DNA of 63,835 bases, filler included, from Bigelowiella natans CCMP2755 (Eukaryota > Protista > Cercozoa), in the NCBI GenBank assembly GCA_000320545.1. It is 9 parts of 9 records of this genome, joined end to end, with 100 filler letters (N's around TTAATTAATTAA, not from the genome) between each part and the next. Parts side by side here need not be neighbours in the genome. Positions count along the whole stretch, not along the records: positions 1 to 16,740 come from ADNK01002161.1; 8 more parts are not named here. One strand, given 5' to 3'. Made by a program: the position numbers and the translations under genes. Shown one piece after another: positions 1 to 11,560 of the stretch (the stretch's first letter is position 1; each line of letters starts with the position of its first letter). Under the pieces are notes generated by a model, which had not been told where the DNA came from, made no database searches, and saw only the letters and a program-made list of their open reading frames with translations.

Positions 1-785
1 GTAGTCGTGGGTGTACGTGTTTGTGTGCTGTCTGCGTATGCTTTAGAAAGTAAAGAATGCAGTACCATTACGTATATCATCGCAAATACGCTCTCATGCC
101 GATAATTATCATGGAAAACTTTTAATAACCGAAAGGGAATGGGATCATCACCGCTAATCATGATGTAATACGAGAAACACTAGGGGGGTAATTTGAGTAT
201 GCTATGGCTGGAGTGCAAGCCACGGCACATCAACAACATGAACAGAAGATACACTTTCGTCGAGGGTATCCCGGAAAAGAAAACCGAGACGACGAGGAGG
301 GTAATACCTACGAGAGGAGAACGAGACAATGGAGCTGATGTGTAAGGTGCGGATGGTCTCTCTATCGCACTTCCCCGCAACGTATAATTGGAACAAATAT
401 CAAGCCAAATATATCTAAAAATATCTTCTGAATTCCTTGCTTCAGTGTGTTGCGTGATCTTACCCGCAGACTCTCTTCAGTGCTTCCAAATTGATTCTTC
501 AGTCAATTTCGGTTCGACAATTAGACTTGGAGAAACTAAATGCATGTCTGAATCATCACTATGTATAGGAAAACGACATGAAAGGATCATTGTCTCTTGT
601 ATAGTATTGGACAAAGACGGTTATTCTAGGCGTTCGTTTGTAAACGACAAGGACATTCTCCTTGTCGTTGTGCTTACCCTATTCGACAAGGATGATAAGG
701 GAGTCGAATTTTAAGAATTTCTTTCATTTACCATGTCGCAGAGGGGGATTTCCCTATAAATCATCCCCCATATCACACCAGAAAA

Positions 786-1990
786 ATGACTGCCTCTTAC
801 GGTCTAGGTGCCCCTCTTGCGCACCCCCCTACTGCACAGCGCCGCTGGATCGGGGCAGCTGCTCTGGTTGCAGTCGCTACAGTGTGCTCCGTATGCTGGT
901 ACGGAAGTTCGAAAACCCTGAGCAGTGCGGTGATGTCGCGTGCGAGACCTGCCGTTGTCTCCACCAACTCTGCATGGAGAATGACGAAGAAACCTTCGAT
1001 TACGCGCTCTGAGACAAGCTCCCGTGCTTACCATCGATCCCAGAACCAACCAATGCAGGCCATTGCCCCACCTTCGCTGAAGAAGAAGACATTCAGCTAC
1101 CCCAATGTGCGCATGGAGCCAGTAATTAAAGGCTTGCGTTCTGAGGCTGTCGTACAGGCACTACGAGATCCGGAGACGCAGAAATGGATCAATCCCTCCA
1201 AGTCGCTCAAATTTGTCGCAACAGAATCCCTGGACCAGCCTCTCTTTGGACACTCCAACGTGCTTAAGTACTGTTACAGGACGCTTAATAGCAAGTGCGC
1301 CGCTCAAAAGCCCGGCTCCGAGGTGACGGAGCTGCAGGATCTCGCCACGATGGTCTGCGAATCTGCATTGCAAGATGTGCGGGAAAAGGCAGCCGAGCGT
1401 GTGCCTCTCGCACATAAAAGTCCCTCCTCCCGTACTATGGTCATGGCAGAATCTGACGACGATTCGGATGTGCGCCAGCTCTTGGGGGTCCGCGGCGGCT
1501 CGAAAACTGACAACATTTGGAAGATTCGCCTGCAGCTGATGAAGCCAGTTACATGGGTGCCTCTCATCTGGGGGGTCATATGTGGCGCGGCTGCTTCGGG
1601 AAATTATAACGCCGTTTGGTCAGGTGCCCCACTGGAAGTCTGCCTCGAGGATCTCGGAAAGTCTCTGGGATGTATGGTGCTCGCTGGACCGCTTCTGACA
1701 GGCTACACGCAGACGATTAACGATTGGTATGATCGTGAAATCGACGCCATTAATGAGCCCGATCGTCCTATCCCTTCCGGGGCTATTAAGGAGAATGAGG
1801 TTATCGCTCAAATTTGGGCGCTTCTGCTAGGAGGGCTTGGACTTGCGTACGGCCTTGACCAGTGGGCAGGCCATGATTTCCCCATGGTAGAGCGAACGAA
1901 CGAATGAGCGAAATGATGCAGATAATAGAAACAACATCTCTGTATCTCTATTTTTCTTTCTTTTCTCACTCTTTCTCTTTTCTCTTTCTC

Positions 1991-2036
<46 letters not shown>

Positions 2037-3791
2037 CCCCCTCTCTCTTATCTCCTCTCTCCTCCCTCTCTCTTTCTTCTTATCTTCATGATAAAATAAA
2101 TCTTAAATAGACGCGCGCGCGCGCGCACACACACACACACACATTCACGTGTGCACTCGCACAAAGACGCGTCATATAATATATTAAAAGCGAGTGCGCG
2201 CGCATGTGTGTTGTGTTGTGTTGTGTTACATATCAATTACTAAAAAGAGCTGTAGTAATTGCTCCTGAACTGATCATTTACAAACATGACCCCCCCTACC
2301 CATTTCCCCCTGTTTTTCAGGTCACTGCTCTCTCTATTGGGGGTTCCTTCGTGTCGTACATCTATTCCGCGCCGCCACTCAAGTTGAAGCAGTCAGGCTG
2401 GGCAGGAAACTACGCCCTCGGATCGTCTTACATCGCTCTGCCTTGGTGGTGTGGACAGGCCATGTTCGGTAAATATCTTCAAGTCTCCCTCCCCCCCCCC
2501 CCCTCCCCATTCCCCCTTTCTCCCTTACCGATATTACATGATATATGCCTAATTAATATTTATGTTCTTTACTAGGGACCTTGAATGCCCCCGTTATTGT
2601 ACTGTCGCTACTCTACTCCATCGCAGGCCTTGGGTTGTGCATTTTAACATTTTCATAGCAAATCAGCGAAGTCAATGCCGGTAGCTGCTCTCGGCCCTGC
2701 GAACGAGTTCAGTGAGCGACTCTTTCTTCTAAGCAGGGCCAAGACGTACCGCATCATGGACAATTCATACTATATAAAAACCATATGGCGTTCCTTCACA
2801 CGCGCGCGCGCACACACACACACACACACTTTATGCCTCCTCCCCGTCGTTATTTCACCCCTTTTCCCTCCTCCTTCCCCCTCCCCCCACTCCCTTCCTC
2901 GATATGGTCTAGAATTGCGATTGTGAACGATTTCAAGAGTATAGAAGGAGATCGCAAGCTCGGGTTGCAGTCTCTCCCTGTAGCGTTCGGAGTGGACACA
3001 GCAAAATGGCTCTGTGCGGGCTCCATTGACGTCACTCAGGTACACAACACGATCCCTACCACCACAAAATATGAGACGACCATCGCGCATAATTCTCCTA
3101 AACGGATTCCGAAATCCTGAGTGTTAGAAAAGAGCGAAAGCAGCTTGTGGTGTTGTCTTCAGACGGATGCATTCTAGAATTTTAGTAATGGATTCCACAT
3201 TGATTTTTTTCAAAGTCGCATTGGTGGAGACTTGCATTAGTTATCGATATCGTCCATCGTTGCGCTCTTCCTACCATCATTATCATCATCATCATCATCA
3301 TCGCCACCATCATCAAGTGGCTATCAAGGATGCATTCGAATAATAATTCTGTTTTCGTTCTTTCCTGCACAGCTCGGTGTCGCGGCTTATCTCTACAGCA
3401 TCGGAGAAACCACATATGCAAACATTCTGATTGCATTGATCTTGCCGCAAATGTTCTTTCAAAACAAGTACCTCCTTAAGGATCCAATCAAGTACGATGT
3501 CAACTACCAGGCTGCTTCCCAGGTATGTGTTCAATATGTAATAACTCAAATCTCGCACGATTCCGTTCCCCCCCCCTTCTCTGTATCTCCTCTCGATATA
3601 TGAATAACACCCGCGGGGCATTGGTGTGGGAGAGGATTGACGTTAGATATAGAAGTACAGATGAATTTTGTGTATCGTGGGCGTATTGACATTCATTGTT
3701 CTCTCTTGTCTATGTTGATTGTTGTCTATAGCCATTCCTCGTATTCGGGATTCTCGACACTGCCCTTGCCATGGGACATCATCAATTTTAG
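786..3791 (+). CDS. chlG: Chlorophyll synthase (UbiA prenyltransferase family) with long N-terminal plastid-targeting extension; 6 exons: 786-1886, 2321-2468, 2576-2633, 2913-3039, 3373-3522, 3732-3791
   Basis: Motifs RLQLMKPVTWVPLIWG, GYTQTINDWYDREIDAINEPDRPIPSG, YIYSAPPLKLKQSGW, IAIVNDFKSIEGDR and YQAASQPFLVFG. All junctions are GT-AG and in frame, with TAG at 3789-3791. An N-terminal hydrophobic stretch is followed by a S/R/K-rich transit-like region. Confidence 0.95.
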
Positions 3792-4479
3792 AAGAAGGTG
3801 GAATACACCATTCAAAGCATAGAATCATGCCCTACTCCTCGTAGCTGGTTTGGGTGAGCAGATGGAACATAATCATGAAATGATATTAACACGAGGCATA
3901 CTAGCAGCGCTCCAATCATTTTAATTCGTAGCGATGTGTTATAGCTGATAGCATCGAATGTTTCTAGATTTATGTGCACAAGCTAAGCTAGCTAAGCGCG
4001 ACAGCAGGAGCACAAAGCTAGCCCCATGCCATGCTCATTGACTTGATTGCATTGTGCCATCTAGCCATGCGATCGGCACGAGCTGCTGCCACGAATCGAA
4101 AGTACTAGCATTGCTGACATTGCGCATCTCTGGCATGATGGCTTCATCATGATCAGCTAGCTAGCTAGCGCACATGTTATAATGTAGCACAATGCATGCT
4201 AGCTAGCGATGTGTCCACCCCTGCCTCATGCTAGCATGTGCACATTGCATTGCACGCGTGCACTTATCTGTCCACCGTCTCCTTCCCAGACGGGCAGCGT
4301 AGCAGCTGCCCTCTAATCTGCCCAACTCCAACCCATGAACCCTTGCCTCCCGCCTTCCCACATGTGCACCATGCACAAGCCATCACACTGACCTTGGACA
4401 GCTTGTTTTCCTTTGTGTTGAGTCTGTCAGGTTCGTCATCGTGACCACCATCATCATCATCATCGTCGTCAGGTTGTTT

Positions 4480-5007
4480 CCTTCAAAGACAGCGATTGCG
4501 AACTTCAAGCTTCGGTTTTGAAGTTTCCATTTCATCGGGATGGCTGTGGTCTCCTTGCATCCTAGCTTCCTCTCCCGTGGGAGGTCGTGCACCCAACGCT
4601 CGTTCCAATTCTTTGATGAACATTTGCAAGTGTGGCATGTCTCTGGCGAACACAAGGATTCTGTTCTCGATGCACTTTTGCTCCGGTTGGAGCTCTCCAT
4701 CAACAGCGTGTTGCCAAGAACGTCCATCGCCTCAAACTACACTTGCCTTCTCATCCAATTAGACACTTGACAATCTCCAGATGACCTTCTTTGAAACTCT
4801 GAATTGACCTCCTCGACATTTGCCTTCTCACCAACCAGACACTTGACAATCTCCAGCATGACCTTCAGTGCGGAACTCAAAATCAACGGCGTGGAACCGC
4901 AACGGTCCTTCCTCGATGTTTGCCCTTTGCTCAGTTGAACGCTTCAGATGAAGAAGGTTGTCATCACGTGCTACTTTGAACATTGCTGCTTCGAAGATGT
5001 TAGACAT
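4480..5007 (-). pseudogene. Degenerate ankyrin-repeat gene fragment (frameshifts and a stop), inside a TpA-erased domain
   Basis: Two similar ~47-bp units (4743-4789, 4820-4866) translate on the - strand as (E)GHLEIVKCL(I/V), the ankyrin GHLEIVKYL motif with Y read as C. Upstream reads MSNIFEAA...LKRSTEQRANIE. The frame is broken. Confidence 0.6.
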
Positions 5008-5251
5008 TGTCACACCACCCTCGTTCGTCCTTTTGTTTGATCTTGTTTCGGTCTTGGTTGACTTGTGGATCATTGCCAAATAGCAGTACGGTTCCCTCCC
5101 GAAGAAAGAAAGCAGGCAACGTTTGCACAGTCTAAAGAGATCCGTTTTAACAATTATTCTGCTATAAATTGGTTGTCGCATCCTGTGAACAGCCTGTGAA
5201 AAAACCTCCCAGCTCATTATCCCTTCATCATTATACGACTAGTTCTCCAAG

Positions 5252-6087
5252 ATGGCCAGCACGACGACCCCGATGCCGGATAGAAAGCAGCATCTCGAGG
5301 ACTATCCGTTGCTGTATGAGGCTATCAACAACAACATGACTTCCAAGCAACTCAAGGCGAAGGGCAACAAATGTGCGTTTGTGTGTGTGTGTGTGTGTGT
5401 GAATGTGTAAAATGTGTTCAGATATTTAGGGATATAACATATTTTGCACGTGTATGCCTGTTTATGTGCGAGTCTCTGGCTTCTTCGAGTTTGTAAATGC
5501 ATACATAAAATGTTAGATCAATATGTGTGCAGTGTTGTACATGAGCGGGTATACATTTTTTCAACTCATAACATTTGTACTCAAATAGCATTCCAGGCCA
5601 GCCCAGCGAAAGACGACCTAATCATGGCACTACTACTGACTGCGGCAAAGAGATCAGAGGACGACAAGCTCGAGTTTGCAGGTATTGGTAGTTATGATAA
5701 TGATGATGAAGATGATGATGATGATGATGGTATTGATAATGGTGATGCAGACACAACGAAGCTAATGAAACTTCTGACATCGGGAGCGAAGAAGAGTATG
5801 ACGTTTGAGGCTCGTGAGGAGTGGGCCGATTTTGTTTATAGTGCTTATTACAGGTTTGCATGCACTAGCACGGTTGCACGCGTATGTGCATGTTTCGGAA
5901 GAGGGGTTATAAAATATAGCATTGATAATGTAAATCAGAGACGATGATGAGGGAGGAAATTTTGAGATATCGAAGGAGTGCTGCCCACAATTGTACGGTG
6001 CCATAGATGCCAATATGACTAAGAAGGCAATAACAGAGAAAGCAAATAAATCTGAAAGTCCTCCGAGTGGTATGTTCATCGTCGCCA

Positions 6088-6123
<36 letters not shown>

Positions 6124-6564
6124 GATATGGTCATTATCATTATTGTCCTCGCCATCATCATCATCATTATTATTATCATCATCATCATCCATAAGAGAGT
6201 TTTTTTTTCAAATTTTGTTTTCTCAGGAACCAAAGGAGACTTTGTTGTCGCTTTGATCAAGACAGCAGCATACCGAGCTGCAAATCACATTTCTGATCTT
6301 GAGAGAAAAGGTGATAGCGTTGATGATGATATCGATGCTGCTACCGATGATGATAATGATGATGATAATCTCGGTGCTGTTTTCGACGATGATAATGATG
6401 ATGATTATAAAAGTGATAGCAATGATGATGGCGATGATATAACAAGGCAAACGATTCAACTACGGGCCGATGAAAGAGCTCCGTGCATTACTCAACAAAG
6501 ATGCAGAAGATGCAGTTGATAAGCTTCTTGGTGATGAAGAGACAGAGATGAGCACTAGGTTGTT

Positions 6565-6596
<32 letters not shown>

Positions 6597-6962
6597 TCAG
6601 AATCTGTATACACACGCGTATGTACACATACCAGGTTCGAGTGGATCAGGAGTGTGAGAGAGAAACACTTAGGCAAAACGAAGAAACAATTAATCGACGA
6701 TGGAGCCTACATCGTAAAGAGGGAATAAGGAGTTGCTTCAGCTAAAAGCAATACTGGCAGTGGTACCTTTTCTGTAGCATTTTTTTTAGTTATACTTATT
6801 GCGATTAGCTTCTTCTACGTGTCGCCATAAGGTCGTTCTGTATTTACAACAACATTCTCATTCGCGAAGGAATGTCTTCTCTTTTAATACCTTTTCTTCT
6901 TCTTTTCCTTCTTCCGTTTTCCTTTCAGAGGACAGGGTGTAAACCATCAAAAACTACATGAA
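5252..6962 (+). CDS. Hypothetical multi-exon protein with two internal SAP/HeH-like repeats and acidic tracts
   Basis: ATG at 5252. YPLLYEAINNNMTSKQLKAK...SPAKDDLIMALL is echoed by CPQLYGAIDANMTKKAITEK...SGTKGDFVVALI across a GT-AG intron. Exon structure and 3' end are uncertain. Confidence 0.45.
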
Positions 6963-7053
6963 TTCAACCTCTTCGGACACATTGAAATGGAATGAAAATC
7001 CTGCATAGAGAAGCAGCTTCGTCCCTCCTGTGATGCTGCATGGAGATACAATA

Positions 7054-7090
<37 letters not shown>

Positions 7091-9244
7091 ACCATTGTAA
7101 CAAATGCTCCTATGGTTCTACCACTAGAATAAATATTTTCGTCTTTCCAACAAATTGTGACCATGGATATTTTTAACTGCGATGCGGCGGCTTGAGATCG
7201 CAAGATGGGACAAAATTTCGGATGTTTTGATTTTGTTGCTTTGGTTTATGAGCGATATAGGCGGTGAGAGTTCCTCATTTCGTTGTCACGTTGTGGCATG
7301 GCGTTATACAGGGCGCCATTTGTTTGTTCACGCGCTCATGCCTCTCATCGAGTACATGCTGTTTGGTGGATTCTGTGTGCTGCGTGGCCAGGATGGAGAT
7401 AACAGATCCACCGAATCCTGTCAGTTTCCATCCTAGCGAATTGCTCGTCTCACCAATCACCTTGCACGCATATACGTCTTTGTGGACGCGTCAGAATCAT
7501 TTGAGAACAATCATGCATCGTGATTTTCTTGTTTTTGCACACGCACACACACACACACACACACACACTGTAGACATGTACTGTGTCCATTGTGCACACA
7601 CACACACACACACACACACACCACGCACACCACGCACACATGCACATTGTGCACATGCACATGTGCACGGCAGGCAACGCACATTGCAGGTGAACACAGT
7701 GTGCCTGTGTTGATGTGGACAAAGAACAAAGTGTGCATGCAAGCACAACAACATCTCAGCGGCCAGCTGTGTGCATTTTGCACTTGCGCACACGCACAAT
7801 GCGCACCATGCCATGTTCATTGCAGCGTGTCATTGATTTTGCGTGCATTGCCACAAATTGTCTGATGATGTGGCGCATGCATGCAGCTAGCACGCGTGTG
7901 CTTGCATGCATGCAATCCACTGAACAATCTGGCATGCAAGTGTCACCTTTCCACGGCATCCATCACATCAAACTGACAAACACGAAAGTCTCTCTACCTA
8001 GTCGTCTTGACACTCCGAAGGTGCAATGTTCACTAATGACACCTCCTTTGCAGTTGAAGTGATCTTGTGTGGACTGCATCCAATCGGCGTTTGTCCAAAC
8101 TCCACAGCAAACTCAGTGCAATCGGTCGCAGTTGTGTCTTCTGTGCGGCCCCAGAGCACTTGATCCTGTTTGAGAATGCTGATCGTCAGAAACACACATT
8201 TCATTTTGGAAAAACAAAAAGAGTTTTTTTGGGTTCCACATTCCAACGCCATCCTTTTCGATTTCTGTGCCAGGCTTCACGACCAATTTTTTGTCAGAGC
8301 CTTGCGGTGCTCCTTCGGATGCTGAAGGCTAAGACCTGAAGGACCTTCCTACAGTTTGAACCAAGTTTGCAGTTAGGATGGAAGTTAGGACACTCCCCCT
8401 TCACAGCAAGGATGTGTGTGGGCCCACGCCTGCAGCGGCTCACGTCTTGGTTGCGTTGGACGACGTGGAGGTCCTCGGCTGTTGCGAAAGAGAAAGAACG
8501 GCGTACGGAGGATTCTATGAAGAAGTCCTGGGTTTCGTACATGCGACAATGATCCAGCCTCATCTTTATCCCTGGAAAACAGGTTCATGTATCTCGAGGG
8601 AGCGCGTGGAGTTTCCGCATCTTCGACACCAACCGGCACTAAAGTAAATTCGCTTTCTTTTGTACATTTCACCTAAAGATAACCAGCGGCATGAAAGGGC
8701 ACACTCTTTTAGTCCTCTTGTGGGAATGGGTTATCAGATGTTCAGGATTAAATTTCCATCAATTTTACACCTATTTCTTTATGGGCGTCTTTAAAAATGC
8801 ACTCAAAATTACTAATAATCACATTGAAATTAAACATTTTCACCAGTTTCAGATATGCACTGATTCTTTAACTTGGGGGTGTTTCTGTAGAGTATTTCCA
8901 GATTTATCTTCTTTAATATAGCCTAAGTAATCAAGTAAATCCGATCTCTTTATTAGTATTTTGGGATAAATGTGCAAAATCAATCATGAAATGGGGGGAA
9001 AAGTCTTTTGTTTTCGACATTTTTCAAATCTGATTACAGATTTACAGTAAGGGGGTGCTACTGTGAAGTTGGGCCTGAACGGATGATATTCGAACGCTGT
9101 TTGGCACCTAAACATAGGAGATTTCGCTTTGAGATGGCGGGCATAGGTTGTCTTAGTAGCATAAACGCCTTCCATTTTCGTTGCCTAAAGAGTGTGACTG
9201 CACAAGAGCGGAGATAGTTTTTTCACATCCCATTTGCTCGCATC

Positions 9245-10285
9245 ATGGATACCTCCCTCCTCAACGCTACCCCTAAGCAATCCAACATGAAGAAGTACGG
9301 CCTCGCCGCTTCTGTCGCTGTAAACTGCGCTCTCGTCGCTGGAGTTGCATACATGTCCTTCTCCCAGCCTGAGCAGATTGGAGCTGGAACTGTTGCACGC
9401 ACCGGCGCTACTATGGTGAACTCCGCTGTCCGCGGTGTTCAGGCTGTTGCTGGAAAGAAGGTTTCCATGGAGCAGGGACGTGCTATCCTCTCCCACTCCC
9501 CTAAGGCTAACCTCCTTGTCAAGACTGGAGCTATCACCAACAAGCTCGTCAAGTCTGGCATGAGCATCCCTGAGATCGCTCAGCAGGTTACCTGCCAGCA
9601 GATTGGAGGTGCTGCTTGCCAAGAATGGTACGGACCTGACCGTGCTCTCTGGCTCGGCCCTTTCTCTGAGGGATCCGTTCCTTCCTACCTCACCGGTGAA
9701 TTCCCTGGAGACTACGGATGGGATACTCAGGGACTTTCCGCTGACCCAAACACCTTCGCTGCTTACCGTGAGACCGAAGTTATCCACGCTCGTTGGGCTA
9801 TGCTTGGAGCTCTTGGATGCGTTACCCCTGAACTTCTTGCTAAGTACTCTGGCGTTCCTATCGCTGAGCCTGTCTGGTTCAAGGCTGGATCCCAGATCTT
9901 CGCTGAAGGCGGACTTGACTACCTCGGAAACCCTTCCCTTGTTCACGCTCAGTCCATTCTTGCTATCCTTGCTTGCCAGGTCATCCTTATGGGAGGAGCT
10001 GAAGCTTACCGTGTGAACGGAGGTCCTGCTGGAGAAGGCCTTGATGCTATCAACCCTGGTGGAGCTTTCGACCCTCTTGGACTTGCTGACGATCCAGATA
10101 CCTTCGCTGAACTTAAGGTTAAGGAGATCAAGAACGGCCGTCTCGCTATGTTCTCCATGCTCGGATTCTACGTTCAGGCTATCGCTACCGGAAAGGGACC
10201 TGTTGAAAACTGGGCTGAGCACATCGCTGACCCTGCTGGAGTTAACGGTCTCACCAACGGTATTGCTACCAAGTTCACCCCTTAA
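9245..10285 (+). CDS. Intronless chlorophyll a/b-binding light-harvesting protein (LHCII/Lhcbm-type) with bipartite presequence
   Basis: [52 protein letters not shown] and [19 protein letters not shown]; strong C/T-ending codon bias; about 125 aa of N-terminal extension containing a hydrophobic segment. Confidence 0.97.
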   Translation: MDTSLLNATPKQSNMKKYGLAASVAVNCALVAGVAYMSFSQPEQIGAGTVARTGATMVNSAVRGVQAVAGKKVSMEQGRAILSHSPKANLLVKTGAITNKLVKSGMSIPEIAQQVTCQQIGGAACQEWYGPDRALWLGPFSEGSVPSYLTGEFPGDYGWDTQGLSADPNTFAAYRETEVIHARWAMLGALGCVTPELLAKYSGVPIAEPVWFKAGSQIFAEGGLDYLGNPSLVHAQSILAILACQVILMGGAEAYRVNGGPAGEGLDAINPGGAFDPLGLADDPDTFAELKVKEIKNGRLAMFSMLGFYVQAIATGKGPVENWAEHIADPAGVNGLTNGIATKFTP

Positions 10286-11560
10286 GTAGGTCTGGCTAAC
10301 AACTGTGGTTGTTAAAGAACCTAAGCGCGTGCTGCAAATTCGAATTTCTTATTTAACACGAAAAACGCCATTGCGGCGCGCATCCTTAATCAGTGCAACG
10401 TGACATCTTGCCTGCAGCATTCGCGCACAAACAACTCAGCATAGCATTCAACATAGTCTTGTTAGATCGCATGAGTACGCCGATGAACTTGCTTTGGGCC
10501 CACTGAAAAGAGGCGTCACATGCGACGCGCTCTGCTACGTTCAAGCAAGCCTGGCTAGCTGGGTAGCATGTCCAGATCTAGAGATGGTGTAGATCATCGT
10601 CTGCTGGCATCAGCAGCTAGCTAGAGCCACAGAGCGTCAGTGCGTGCATGCTGGCACAAATGTTTCCAGCATCGCATGCTAGCTAGAGATGCTAGGATGG
10701 CCTGCTACTAGCTAGCTAGCTCTAGCTAAGCTAGATCTAGAGATGTTACTAGACTAGCAGGACATGCTGTGGCTAGCTAGCTAGCAGCTAGCTTGGTTGT
10801 CCACTTTGGAGACAAGAACCACGCGCCGCGAGTTGCTGAACCCACGTGTGAAGGCTGCAAACGCGCTTCGTTGCGCAATTGCGATCACGATCGCCACACG
10901 TGCGTCGAAAGCAAATCAAAACTCCCACGCAAACGCGAGCTCAGATTGCAATGTGTGTGAATGTGAAAACCATCTCGTGAAACATGACATGAAGAATGTG
11001 CGAAGTGCAATGACAACGGCGATGTTCTCTTCACAAAGCGGAAACGTGTGCACGCCACATGCGGTCATGCCATGTGTTCCATCTGAGCAAAGTTGTGCGC
11101 ATGGCGTCGAGTGCCGAATGTGATTTGCATCATGTCAGAACAAACAGCATTTGCAGCGTTCCACACTCGACATTGCAAGGCACAAATGATGCCTTTTCAT
11201 GCCAATTCAGCCGCGTCAATGATGTGTTGCGAACACACCAGTGCATTCGCAACGTTCAGCCGAGAACAGCGACATGCATGCGTCTCATCAATCTCCAGAT
11301 GGGCTCACAAGGTCATGAGAGAATGCCACAAAATGAACACGTCTCCATGTGTGTGACTCATCCAATCAATCACAAAAACTGCCATCATCATCATCACCAG
11401 AAGACAACATGAAAATGTCATCTCCACTGCTGTCATCCATTCCAACATCAGTGTTGGCACAAGGGTCGGCGTGCATGGGTTTCGGTGCTTTGTCCAATCT
11501 CCTTGATTTGCGTGTTGGAACCTGATGGAAAAGACAGTTGATGTGTGAAAGTGAGCTGAT

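Noticed and set aside
180-734. Possible - strand gene divergent from chlG
   Set aside because: Some GT/AG-bounded blocks exist, but I could not assemble a consistent frame or recognise a family.
9185-10222. 345-aa ORF on the - strand
   Set aside because: Antisense shadow of the codon-biased LHC gene.
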